Source of the DNA: Solirubrobacterales bacterium
GTDB taxonomy: Bacteria > Actinomycetota > Thermoleophilia > Solirubrobacterales > 70-9
DNA: 64,000 nucleotides
Direction of reading: 5' to 3'
Assembly: GCA_036780865.1 (NCBI GenBank)
Contig: DAIQCC010000001.1
Coordinates: forward strand, 60,446 to 124,445
Part shown: piece by piece, positions 54,222 through 61,667 of the stretch
Position numbering within the stretch: the first letter of the stretch is position 1
Layout of the letters: every line of letters begins with the position of its first letter
Position numbers and translations under genes: made by a program
The notes under the pieces: model-generated
Told to the model about the DNA's origin: nothing
The model's database searches: none
Seen by the model: only the letters and a program-made list of their open reading frames with translations

Positions 54222-54785
54222 ATGAAACCCAGCACCGCGTTTTGGCGGCCAGTTCTGACCTTGACCACCACGATTTTGGGAGTGTTCAGCATTTCCGTCG
54301 GCATCGCAGAAGCTTCTTCCACCTCGTCTGGAGGCTTATCCGTCAAGCCGCCAGCATCGGCGGCCCCCACATCGACAAAGGGAGCTTTCCCGGTGAGAGG
54401 ACCCGTAACCTGGGGTGACGGCATCGGGGCGGGGCGAGGCCACCAAGGGCAGGACCTCCTTTCCAGGTGCGCTAGGCCCATAGTCGCGGCGCAGACTGGA
54501 CGGGTGAGACTCGTGAGCTACCAGGCCTCCGGGGCCGGCAACTACGTCGTGGTGCGCGGCACCACCACGAAGTTCGACTACGTCTACATGCACATGCTTC
54601 GTAAGCCTTCCTTGAGGGCGGGTCAAACCGTTCGAGCTGGTCAGCGGATCGGGCTCGTCGGCTCCACGGGCCGATCCAGCGCGTGTCACCTCCATTTCGA
54701 GATGTGGACTAGGCCGGGCTGGTACAAGGGCGGAGACGTGAGCGACCCGGTTCCGTACCTGCGCACGTGGAGAAGATCACGCTGA
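54222..54785 (+). CDS. secreted M23 family metallopeptidase
   Basis: Signal peptide, HQGQD, and GSTGRSSACHLHFEMW (HxH) motifs. Confidence 0.85.
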   Translation: MKPSTAFWRPVLTLTTTILGVFSISVGIAEASSTSSGGLSVKPPASAAPTSTKGAFPVRGPVTWGDGIGAGRGHQGQDLLSRCARPIVAAQTGRVRLVSYQASGAGNYVVVRGTTTKFDYVYMHMLRKPSLRAGQTVRAGQRIGLVGSTGRSSACHLHFEMWTRPGWYKGGDVSDPVPYLRTWRRSR

Positions 54786-54840
54786 ACTACCGACGATTTA
54801 CAGCCCCGATCGTTCTAGATCGCCGGCCGTGGAGGTCGTC

Positions 54841-55194
54841 ATGGCTGTGAGCAGCTATCGGCGTTTCCTGGACCCGGTCAGGGGCTCGCTGATCGCCGGT
54901 GTCGCCGTTCTTTCGATAGTCCTCGCCATCGTCATAGCCCACAGCGGTCCCATAGCGCATCAGATGGGCGACGACTCCATGAACCTGCATGAGGCGATCT
55001 CGGTTTGTCTGGCGATCATGCAAGCCGGCGGCAGCATCATGGTTGGGTTTCTCCTACGCAGGTCTCGTCGGTTGAGGCCTTCGCTCGTACCGTTGGTCCC
55101 AGCCGTCAGGGGTGTGTCTACGCGCACAGCCCGGGCCAACGCGGGAAGCCGCATAAGAGAAGGACCGGCTTGTCAGCAGATTTTCCGGAATTGA
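54841..55194 (+). CDS. small membrane protein (DUF6153-like?), hypothetical
   Basis: GGAGG lies 5 nt upstream of ATG 54841. Two predicted TM helices with His/Met residues. Positioned before DUF305, as small membrane proteins often are in copper loci. Confidence 0.4.
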   Translation: MAVSSYRRFLDPVRGSLIAGVAVLSIVLAIVIAHSGPIAHQMGDDSMNLHEAISVCLAIMQAGGSIMVGFLLRRSRRLRPSLVPLVPAVRGVSTRTARANAGSRIREGPACQQIFRN

Positions 55195-55279
55195 GATTCG
55201 CCCGCGAGCCAGAAGGCTCGCGCAACCGATTTGCGTGGTCCCCGCCGACCACGCCTCGACTCAATTCAAGGAGAAGAAA

Positions 55280-55936
55280 ATGACAAAGAAAACTCTGGCT
55301 GCCGGGATCATCGTCATCCTCGTGGTCGTTGGCGCCTACGTGCTCATCAGTGGATCAAGCGATTCCGGCGATTCCGACGACGCCGATGTCGCGTTCGCGG
55401 CGCAAATGGTTCCCCACCATGAGGCAGCGATCGAGATGGCAAAGCTGGCGCAACAAAAGGCTGAGCATCCCGAGATCACCCAATTGGCGAACAACATCGT
55501 GGAGACCCAGAGCTCTGAGATCGAGACCCTGAACTCGATCCACGATCGCCTCACGAAAGGATCTGACTCAGGCGACGAGAGCATGGGAATGAGCGACTCA
55601 ATGATGGGCATGGACATGGACATGGCCGCACTCGAGACCGCCGATCCCTTCGATCGGGAGTTCATCGACCAGATGATTCCTCACCATCAGGGCGCGATTC
55701 GGATGGCGTATGCCGTGCTGGAGAACGGTGAAGATCAGGAGACCAAGGATCTCGCCAATGCGGTCATTGCGGCTCAGTCGAAAGAGATCGCTCAGATGAA
55801 TAGCTGGCGCACCGACTGGTACGGGTCGCCCTCCCCAGCGGGAGGAGTGCCGACGGGTCCTACCGGCATGGAGTCCACTGACTCGGGTGACATGGACTCG
55901 GGTGACATGGGTTCGATGGAGGGCATGGACCACTAG
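55280..55936 (+). CDS. DUF305 domain protein with Met/Asp-rich segments
   Basis: Two DUF305 half-domains (QMVPHHEAAIEMA and QMIPHHQGAIRMA). AAGGAG SD before ATG 55280. Also MGMSDSMMGMDMDM and a DSGDMDSGDMGSMEGMDH tail. Confidence 0.85.
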   Translation: MTKKTLAAGIIVILVVVGAYVLISGSSDSGDSDDADVAFAAQMVPHHEAAIEMAKLAQQKAEHPEITQLANNIVETQSSEIETLNSIHDRLTKGSDSGDESMGMSDSMMGMDMDMAALETADPFDREFIDQMIPHHQGAIRMAYAVLENGEDQETKDLANAVIAAQSKEIAQMNSWRTDWYGSPSPAGGVPTGPTGMESTDSGDMDSGDMGSMEGMDH

Positions 55937-55958
55937 CTCGGAACCAGATGTGGGCTTG

Positions 55959-55988
55959 TCTCCCGTCCGCCGGCCGGCGGACGGGAGA
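55959..55988 (+). terminator. perfect 15-bp-stem palindrome after the DUF305 gene
   Basis: TCTCCCGTCCGCCGG/CCGGCGGACGGGAGA, with no U-tract. Confidence 0.5.
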
Positions 55989-56089
55989 AGGCACCACACG
56001 GGCTCGTTCTCCTAGGCGACTCGATCTGGGTGAAACCTAGCCACGGTGGATCGGCGGCGGTCTAACCTGGAGCGCTGTAGGCTCTTGCC

Positions 56090-56482
56090 GTGGCCCGTGA
56101 ACCCGCCGTTCAGCTCCAAGGAGAGCTTCAGTTGGAAGTGATGCGGGCGCTTTGGCGTCTCGACCGCCCGGTCGGGGTTGAGGAAGTGCGAAGCGAGCTT
56201 CCGGCCCGTCAGCAAGGTGCCTACACCACGATCCAAACCATCCTCACTCGTCTCGCCGAGCGAGGATTGGTGGGACGGAAGCGCGAAGGCAAGGCAATCT
56301 CCTACAGGGCGAAGGTCTCAGAGGCCGACTACTACTCGCGGTCTCTTCGGGAGACGCTTGCATTGGCTTCCGACGACGCGCGACGGGCCGCGCTCGCGCA
56401 GCTTGTGGGGGACCTGGACCCGGGAGAACTCGACGAGATCGAAGCACTCGCGCGCGAGGTAGCCACGCGGAGAGACCGATGA
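56090..56482 (+). CDS. BlaI/MecI/CopY family transcriptional repressor
   Basis: LGELQLEVMRALW...YTTIQTILTRLAERGLV winged-helix pattern. No C-terminal CxCxxxxCxC copper motif. ATGA overlap with the next gene. Confidence 0.85.
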   Translation: MAREPAVQLQGELQLEVMRALWRLDRPVGVEEVRSELPARQQGAYTTIQTILTRLAERGLVGRKREGKAISYRAKVSEADYYSRSLRETLALASDDARRAALAQLVGDLDPGELDEIEALAREVATRRDR

Positions 56483-57450
56483 CCGGCATCGTCGTTGTCC
56501 TGATAGGTCTATTGGTAGCCGGCACCGCAGTCTGTTACTTGCTGCCGCGCGCCAGCTTGGCTCCCATGACCGGGGCGTCCCTGTGGCTGGCGGTGCTTGG
56601 CTTAAGAGCGGTTCTCGTCTTGCTCACCGCCCTGATAGCAGTCTTCTACCTGCCAGCTACAGAGCTCTTTCAGATACTGACCCATTGGTGCATCCATGCC
56701 GTACTGCCTTTCATAACCACTCACCTAGGCTTCTCCGGGCACGGAGTTGGGGACGCGGCAAGCGCGCTCCCAGGCCTTGTCGTCGGTGTCTCCGCTATGT
56801 GGGCCGCTTTCGGGTTGGGACGGGCCGCGAGAGCTATGCGTCGCTGGGTGAAACGCAGCTCCTTGGGAGTGGGACCCGGTGAGAGCGTCATCATCGGAGG
56901 CGAAAAGGTCCTGGTCGCCGCTGCTGGCATACGTAGTCCAAAGGTCGTCGTCTCCACAGGCGCCCTGGCTCGACTCGATGAGGACGAGCTTGCCGCAAGT
57001 CTCGCGCACGAACGCGGCCACATCGCCCGGCGGCATCCCTACCTGGCCCTTGCCGGCGATCTCGCCTACGCGGTGGCCCGTCCGGTGCCTGGTTCCAAGG
57101 ACGCCCTCCAGCGGCTGAGGTTCTGCTTGGAACGCGATGCGGACGAGTACGCGGTGAACTGCACCAGCGATCCGATCGCCCTTGCCAGTGCTATCTGCAA
57201 GGCCGCGGCCGACTCGCCCGCGCCCAATGTCGCGCTGGCTACGCTCGCTGGTTCGGGTGCCCCGGCTCGGCTGCGGCTGCTTCTCGACCGTCCAGCCGCC
57301 CGCCCGAAGACGTGGGCGGAGATCATGGGCCGCGGCGTCGTGGTGCTGATGGTCGCCGGCACTCTTCTCGCGCTGGGGATGACACCGTCTCTGGCAAGAG
57401 CTGGCGTCGCCACCCTGGAGGCCAGTCCTCCGGCCCACTCCTGCGAGTAG
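56479..57450 (+). CDS. M56 (BlaR1/MecR1-like) membrane zinc metalloprotease without a penicillin-binding sensor domain
   Basis: HERGH (HExxH) after 4 TM helices. The 323-aa protein ends after one more TM segment. Confidence 0.8.
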   Translation: MTGIVVVLIGLLVAGTAVCYLLPRASLAPMTGASLWLAVLGLRAVLVLLTALIAVFYLPATELFQILTHWCIHAVLPFITTHLGFSGHGVGDAASALPGLVVGVSAMWAAFGLGRAARAMRRWVKRSSLGVGPGESVIIGGEKVLVAAAGIRSPKVVVSTGALARLDEDELAASLAHERGHIARRHPYLALAGDLAYAVARPVPGSKDALQRLRFCLERDADEYAVNCTSDPIALASAICKAAADSPAPNVALATLAGSGAPARLRLLLDRPAARPKTWAEIMGRGVVVLMVAGTLLALGMTPSLARAGVATLEASPPAHSCE

Positions 57451-57492
57451 CTTCGAAAGGTCGAAGCCGAGTCGGTCGTGATCCTCGCGACC

Positions 57493-57514
57493 AACTCCTA
57501 CATGCTGTAGTATT
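57493..57514 (+). promoter_or_regulatory. box a of the recurring 22-nt motif
   Basis: AACTCCTACAtgcTGTAGtatt, 25 nt upstream of the 57539 start. Confidence 0.6.
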
Positions 57515-57538
57515 GGCGAGCCTAAGACGGACGACTCA

Positions 57539-58129
57539 TTGCCAGCCATCGCCCCCCAAACGATCACCGGGCAACTAACGCCCCCTTCGCTTCTGAGCGC
57601 GCGCTTTCTCGTCAGCGCTGTCGTCGGGATAGTCCTAGCGTCGGTGTTGATCGGGGTGCCGACCGATGTCCTCCCCAATCCGTGGTTCACGCGTATGACC
57701 CCCATCCGCGTATTCGACTACCTGTTCTGGGTTACGAACAGCGTGCTGACGGGTGTCCTGCTAGCGACCTATCTCCTGCCCCGTCGCACTCAGTCCAACG
57801 TCGCGACCGCGAGCGCCGGCACTGGATTGTTGACCGTGTTCGCGGTCGGCTGCCCTATCTGCAACAAGCTCGTTGTTTCCTTGCTAGGGATCTCGGGGGC
57901 TCTCAACTACTTTGCTCCGATACAGCCACTGCTCGGCATCGCCGGTTTGGTTACGGCATCTATCGCCATTGGGGTTCGTCTACGTGGGGCCAGGGGCGCC
58001 TGCGCGGTTGTTCCGGCAAGTCGATCCGTCCGGGACGGCGGTATCCAAGGGACGGAAGCCGACGATCACTTGGATGATCCGGGACCGAGCACCCAAGGGC
58101 TTGGTGAGGAATCAGGGCCGAGAATGTGA
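57539..58129 (+). CDS. integral membrane protein with an intramembrane CPxC motif
   Basis: 4 predicted TM helices and GCPICNKLVVSLLG. TTG start. The hydrophilic C-terminal tail may be over-extended. Confidence 0.5.
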   Translation: MPAIAPQTITGQLTPPSLLSARFLVSAVVGIVLASVLIGVPTDVLPNPWFTRMTPIRVFDYLFWVTNSVLTGVLLATYLLPRRTQSNVATASAGTGLLTVFAVGCPICNKLVVSLLGISGALNYFAPIQPLLGIAGLVTASIAIGVRLRGARGACAVVPASRSVRDGGIQGTEADDHLDDPGPSTQGLGEESGPRM

Positions 58130-58145
58130 CCGCGGTGCCTTCCTG

Positions 58146-58802
58146 ATGACCGGCACCAACTACATCCCCGCTCTCCGCTTCCGCGCCCTCACCGGCCTCT
58201 ACGACCCGCTGGTCCGTTTGACGACCCGCGAGCGCAGATTCAAGCGGCAGCTCCTCGAAAGGGCCGGCGTGCGTCCTGGTGAGCGCGTCTTGGATCTCGG
58301 GTGCGGGACCGGAACGCTCGCGCTCGCCGCCAAACGGGCACAGCCCGAAGCCATTGTGATCGGCCTGGACGCCGATCCGGCGATTCTCGACCGGGCTCGC
58401 CGCAAGTCCGAGGAAGCGGGAGCAGAAATCACCTTCGCGGACGGGGTTTCCACCGAACTGCCCTTCGCCGACGCCTCCTTCGACATCGTGCTCTCGACTC
58501 TCTTCTTCCATCACCTCGAGTCCGATTCGAAGAGGACGACTGCCAATGAACTGGCGCGCGTCCTCACGCCATCCGGACGACTGCACGTCGCCGATTGGGG
58601 ACCACCCCAGGACCCACTGATGGCCTTCCTCTTTCTCGGCATCCGACTGCTCGACGGCTTCGAGCCGACCCGCGAGAACGCCGCTGGTGGCCTGCCGTCG
58701 CTCTTCTCGAAGGCCGGCTTCGCCGAGTTCGGACCCCGTGAACAGCTTCGCACCCCGTTTGGCAGTCTCGCCTTCTACTCGGGCTCTCGGGCAAGTGAAT
58801 GA
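58146..58802 (+). CDS. class I SAM-dependent methyltransferase
   Basis: VLDLGCGTG motif I and FDIVLSTLFFHHL. Start set at ATG 58146. Confidence 0.85.
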   Translation: MTGTNYIPALRFRALTGLYDPLVRLTTRERRFKRQLLERAGVRPGERVLDLGCGTGTLALAAKRAQPEAIVIGLDADPAILDRARRKSEEAGAEITFADGVSTELPFADASFDIVLSTLFFHHLESDSKRTTANELARVLTPSGRLHVADWGPPQDPLMAFLFLGIRLLDGFEPTRENAAGGLPSLFSKAGFAEFGPREQLRTPFGSLAFYSGSRASE

Positions 58803-58828
58803 CCTGTATGCGATGGGTCGTAGATCCC

Positions 58829-58850
58829 AACTCCTACATCCTGTAGGAAT
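58829..58850 (+). promoter_or_regulatory. box b of the recurring 22-nt motif (best palindrome)
   Basis: AACTCCTACAtccTGTAGGAat. TCCTACA-N3-TGTAGGA is a perfect 7+3+7 palindrome. Confidence 0.65.
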
Positions 58851-58878
58851 GTCACTCGAAAGGGAGAACAAGGAGCCG

Positions 58879-59034
58879 ATGAAAGCTCTCGCGACAGACC
58901 GCCGCGCCAACTCTCTTTCGCGAGTGGCCAGAGCTTGGATAGGTCGACTCCCGGACGGCGCTTTCTATCCGGGTCTGCTGCTCGGCTGCACCGCGGCGAT
59001 TATGGTGCTCTATCTATTCGGAGTAGTCGTGTGA
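58879..59034 (+). CDS. small single-TM protein, hypothetical
   Basis: 51 codons (MKALATDRR...LLLGCTAAIMVLYLFGVVV). AAGGAG is just upstream. An alternative ATG at 58849 overlaps box b. Confidence 0.3.
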   Translation: MKALATDRRANSLSRVARAWIGRLPDGAFYPGLLLGCTAAIMVLYLFGVVV

Positions 59035-59336
59035 TCTTCCGGCGTCGGCGGCAACGAGACGAAGTGACGAATCCCATTCCGGGCCGGGCGCGCGTTCAGT
59101 CAGCGAAGCACGGGCTGAGAGTGCTACTCCAGCTGCTGTCAGACGGAAGCGAGGCAGAGCAGATCATCAAGGTGATCGGCGATCAATACGAAGTAGTGCG
59201 TAATGGCGACGTGGTCGAGGTTATTGTCGATGATGTCCGTTTCCCCGATGAGGCGGTTGTGCGCCTCGCGTTGCTCTTGGACGACATCGAGCCAGATTGG
59301 CAGAGCGTGATCTCGTGGCCGAGGACAAAGTCTTGA
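59031..59336 (+). CDS. hypothetical protein
   Basis: GTG 59031 overlaps the upstream stop (GTGTGA). 101 codons with an acidic C-terminal half. No family recognised. Confidence 0.3.
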   Translation: MIFRRRRQRDEVTNPIPGRARVQSAKHGLRVLLQLLSDGSEAEQIIKVIGDQYEVVRNGDVVEVIVDDVRFPDEAVVRLALLLDDIEPDWQSVISWPRTKS

Positions 59337-59384
59337 GGTTCGAGAATCTGTCCGAATCAAGCCTTGGTGGCTCAATGAGACTCG

Positions 59385-60218
59385 ATGTCCGTAGGAGGTC
59401 ATGAAGTGGCATCCATTCCCAGCCCCGCGTCAAGCGGATTCTCGTTGGGTCCGTTCGAGGTACACGCCTACGGGCTGATGTACGTGGTCGCGGTCGCCGT
59501 GGCGATGCTGATGACGGTGCGTCGCTGGGAGGCTCAAGGCGGCTCCCGGGAGACCGTCTATGACGTTGTCATATGGGCTTTCCCCGCTGGTTTGATCGGC
59601 GGTCGCCTCTACTTCGTGTTGACGAGTTGGGGCGAAGTGCCGCAACATTGGTGGGGTCCGTTCGCGGTATGGGAAGGGGGTCTTGGCATATGGGGTGGCA
59701 TCGCGGCCGGAACGGCGGTTGGGATCTGGCGGCTCAAGCGCTCTGGGACTCCCGTCGCCGCTTTCATGGACGCGGCCGCCCCGGCCCTCCTCGTCGCCCA
59801 GTCGATCGGCAGAGTGGGCAACTACTTCAACCAAGAGCTGTTCGGTGGGCCAACGAGCCTGCCGTGGGGTGTTGAGATCTCCCCCGAACATCGTCCCGAA
59901 GGCTACGCCACGGACGCGGTCTTTCATCCAACTTTTTTCTACGAGATCGTCTGGAACCTATGCCTCGCCGCCTTCTTGGTATGGCTAGGCAATCACCGCC
60001 GCATCCGTCCCCCAGGGCTCTTCGCTCTCTATGTGACCGGATATTCGGCATTCCGCATCTTCGAGGAGTTGTTGAGGATAGATCCGGCCAATCACATCTT
60101 GGGCATGCGACTCAACTTCTTCGTCGCTTGCCTCTTGACGATCACGGGCGCGATCTGGTTCGCGATGACCCAGGGGTGGCTCCAAGGGCGAGAGCGAGAC
60201 GGTCCGCCACCTGGATAG
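59385..60218 (+). CDS. lgt: prolipoprotein diacylglyceryl transferase
   Basis: IPSP..F.LGPFEVHAYGLMYV start, GGRLYFV, WEGGLGIWGG, GRVGNYFNQELFG, and 7 TM segments. Confidence 0.85.
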   Translation: MSVGGHEVASIPSPASSGFSLGPFEVHAYGLMYVVAVAVAMLMTVRRWEAQGGSRETVYDVVIWAFPAGLIGGRLYFVLTSWGEVPQHWWGPFAVWEGGLGIWGGIAAGTAVGIWRLKRSGTPVAAFMDAAAPALLVAQSIGRVGNYFNQELFGGPTSLPWGVEISPEHRPEGYATDAVFHPTFFYEIVWNLCLAAFLVWLGNHRRIRPPGLFALYVTGYSAFRIFEELLRIDPANHILGMRLNFFVACLLTITGAIWFAMTQGWLQGRERDGPPPG

Positions 60219-60300
60219 CGGCGTTCGCCTCGTCCTCGCCGCATGTCTAGTCCGCAATCGAAGTTTCATCGGCGCGCCTTGGAACTCGCACTCGAGCAGT

Positions 60301-60322
60301 TGCTACTACGGTCTGTAGGACT
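60301..60322 (-). promoter_or_regulatory. box f of the recurring motif (inverted orientation)
   Basis: The minus strand reads AGTCCTACAgacCGTAGtagca. The box lies about 21 nt upstream of the second M23 gene. Confidence 0.5.
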
Positions 60323-60343
60323 GGCGCAATTCGCGTCGCCCTC

Positions 60344-61564
60344 TTGACCGTGATCCCCTCCTCAACCGACAACGCCCTCGCGAAGCCGGCGACGCGCCTG
60401 GCAGCGCTCGTTCTCTTCGCCCTCGCTCTCGCTGGCATCACCGCGGGAACCGCGATCGGGAAGAGCGCCGAGGAAAAGCTCGAAGCCGTGGAAAAGAAGA
60501 TCGACACGGCCCGGGACAGGGAGGGAGTGTTGACTACCGAGATCGAGGCGATGGGCGAGAAGATCGCCTCCCTCGAAGGTCAGGTGACCGAACTGCGAGG
60601 CCAGGAAGCCGCCGCGGAAGCTGAACTCGCGGCGAAGCAGACCGAACTCGACCAAGCGGTCGTCAAGCTCGAAGAGGCGATCGACGAACTAGAGGTCATT
60701 CGAGCCCGGCTGCGGCGGGCGCTCAACATCCTCCGCGACCGTCTGGTCGCCATCTACATGTCGGGCACGCCCGACATCGCCTCCATCGTCCTGGCTGCCT
60801 CTGACTACGGCGACATGGTGTCCGTGGCTGAATACGCGGAACAGATCCAACGTAGCGACGAGGTGGTGGTTGACCGAGTGCGAACGCTTCGCGAAGATGC
60901 TGAGAACCTAGTTGAGATCCGGCGCGACGCGAAATCCACGATAGAAGCCGCTCGCGATCAGATCGCCGCCGAAGAGAATCGCCTTGAGGTCACACGGACC
61001 GCGTTGGAGAGCAGGGAAGGCGCCCTTGTCGCGGCCCGTACCAACCGTCAATCGACCTTGGAAGGCGTGCAGGGGGGCATTCACAAGTACGAAGACATCG
61101 CCGCGGATCTCCGAGCGAAGATCGAAAGGGAAGTCGCCGAGGCAACCACCAGCGCCGCACTCCCGACCGGACCCGAGCCAGCACCTAGCGACGCGGGGTT
61201 CATTTGGCCGGTCGAAGGTACCTTCACCTCGCCCTTCGGTGCTCGATGGGGGAGCATGCACGAAGGCATCGACATCGCCGCGCCCGGAGGCACCCCCATC
61301 CGCGCGGCCGCCTCGGGAACCGTGGTCCTGATGCAGTCCGAAGCCGAGAGCGGCGGCTATGGAAACTACACATGCGTCGATCACGGTGGAGGTCTAGCCA
61401 CCTGCTACGCCCACCAGTCGGGTTTCGCCACCTCGACCGGGGCAACGGTAAGCCAGGGCGACGTGATCGGCTACGTCGGCAACACAGGGCACAGCTTCGG
61501 GGACCATCTCCATTTCGAGGTGCGCATCGACGGTGCAGCCGTCGATCCGATGGGCTACCTCTAG
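60344..61564 (+). CDS. secreted coiled-coil + M23 peptidase (EnvC/peptidoglycan DD-metalloendopeptidase-like)
   Basis: Signal/TM segment, a heptad-rich region of about 230 aa, then HEGIDIAAP and GNTGHSFGDHLHFEV. Confidence 0.85.
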   Translation: MTVIPSSTDNALAKPATRLAALVLFALALAGITAGTAIGKSAEEKLEAVEKKIDTARDREGVLTTEIEAMGEKIASLEGQVTELRGQEAAAEAELAAKQTELDQAVVKLEEAIDELEVIRARLRRALNILRDRLVAIYMSGTPDIASIVLAASDYGDMVSVAEYAEQIQRSDEVVVDRVRTLREDAENLVEIRRDAKSTIEAARDQIAAEENRLEVTRTALESREGALVAARTNRQSTLEGVQGGIHKYEDIAADLRAKIEREVAEATTSAALPTGPEPAPSDAGFIWPVEGTFTSPFGARWGSMHEGIDIAAPGGTPIRAAASGTVVLMQSEAESGGYGNYTCVDHGGGLATCYAHQSGFATSTGATVSQGDVIGYVGNTGHSFGDHLHFEVRIDGAAVDPMGYL

Positions 61565-61599
61565 CCGCGCCCCCACGCGTTTGGACATCGCGGCGCCGC

Positions 61600-61621
61600 A
61601 ACTCCTACACTGTGTCGTATA
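61600..61621 (+). promoter_or_regulatory. box c of the recurring 22-nt motif
   Basis: AACTCCTACActgTGTCGtata, 46 nt upstream of the ATPase start. Confidence 0.6.
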
Positions 61622-61667
61622 TGTCAGGTAATTCGGCGACTCCAGCTCTCGACCAAGGAATGATGTC

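Noticed and set aside
53873-54481. Upstream 203 codons of the 271-aa track ORF containing copZ
   Set aside because: Only the last 68 codons, preceded by AGGAGG, form the HMA chaperone. The upstream part runs through AT-rich regulatory DNA, including the CsoR-like palindrome and box d.
56000-56089. Autoregulatory box upstream of the blaI-like gene
   Set aside because: Only partial matches occur (CTCCTAGG at about 56010 and TGTAGGCT at 56075-56082, about 60 nt apart). No full 22-nt box is present, so autoregulation is not supported by the sequence.
56298-56312. Sixth CTCCTACA occurrence, inside the blaI-like coding sequence
   Set aside because: It has only the left half-site, followed by gggCGAAG. 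It lies in a coding region (AISYRAK), so it is probably coincidental or at most a weak auxiliary site.
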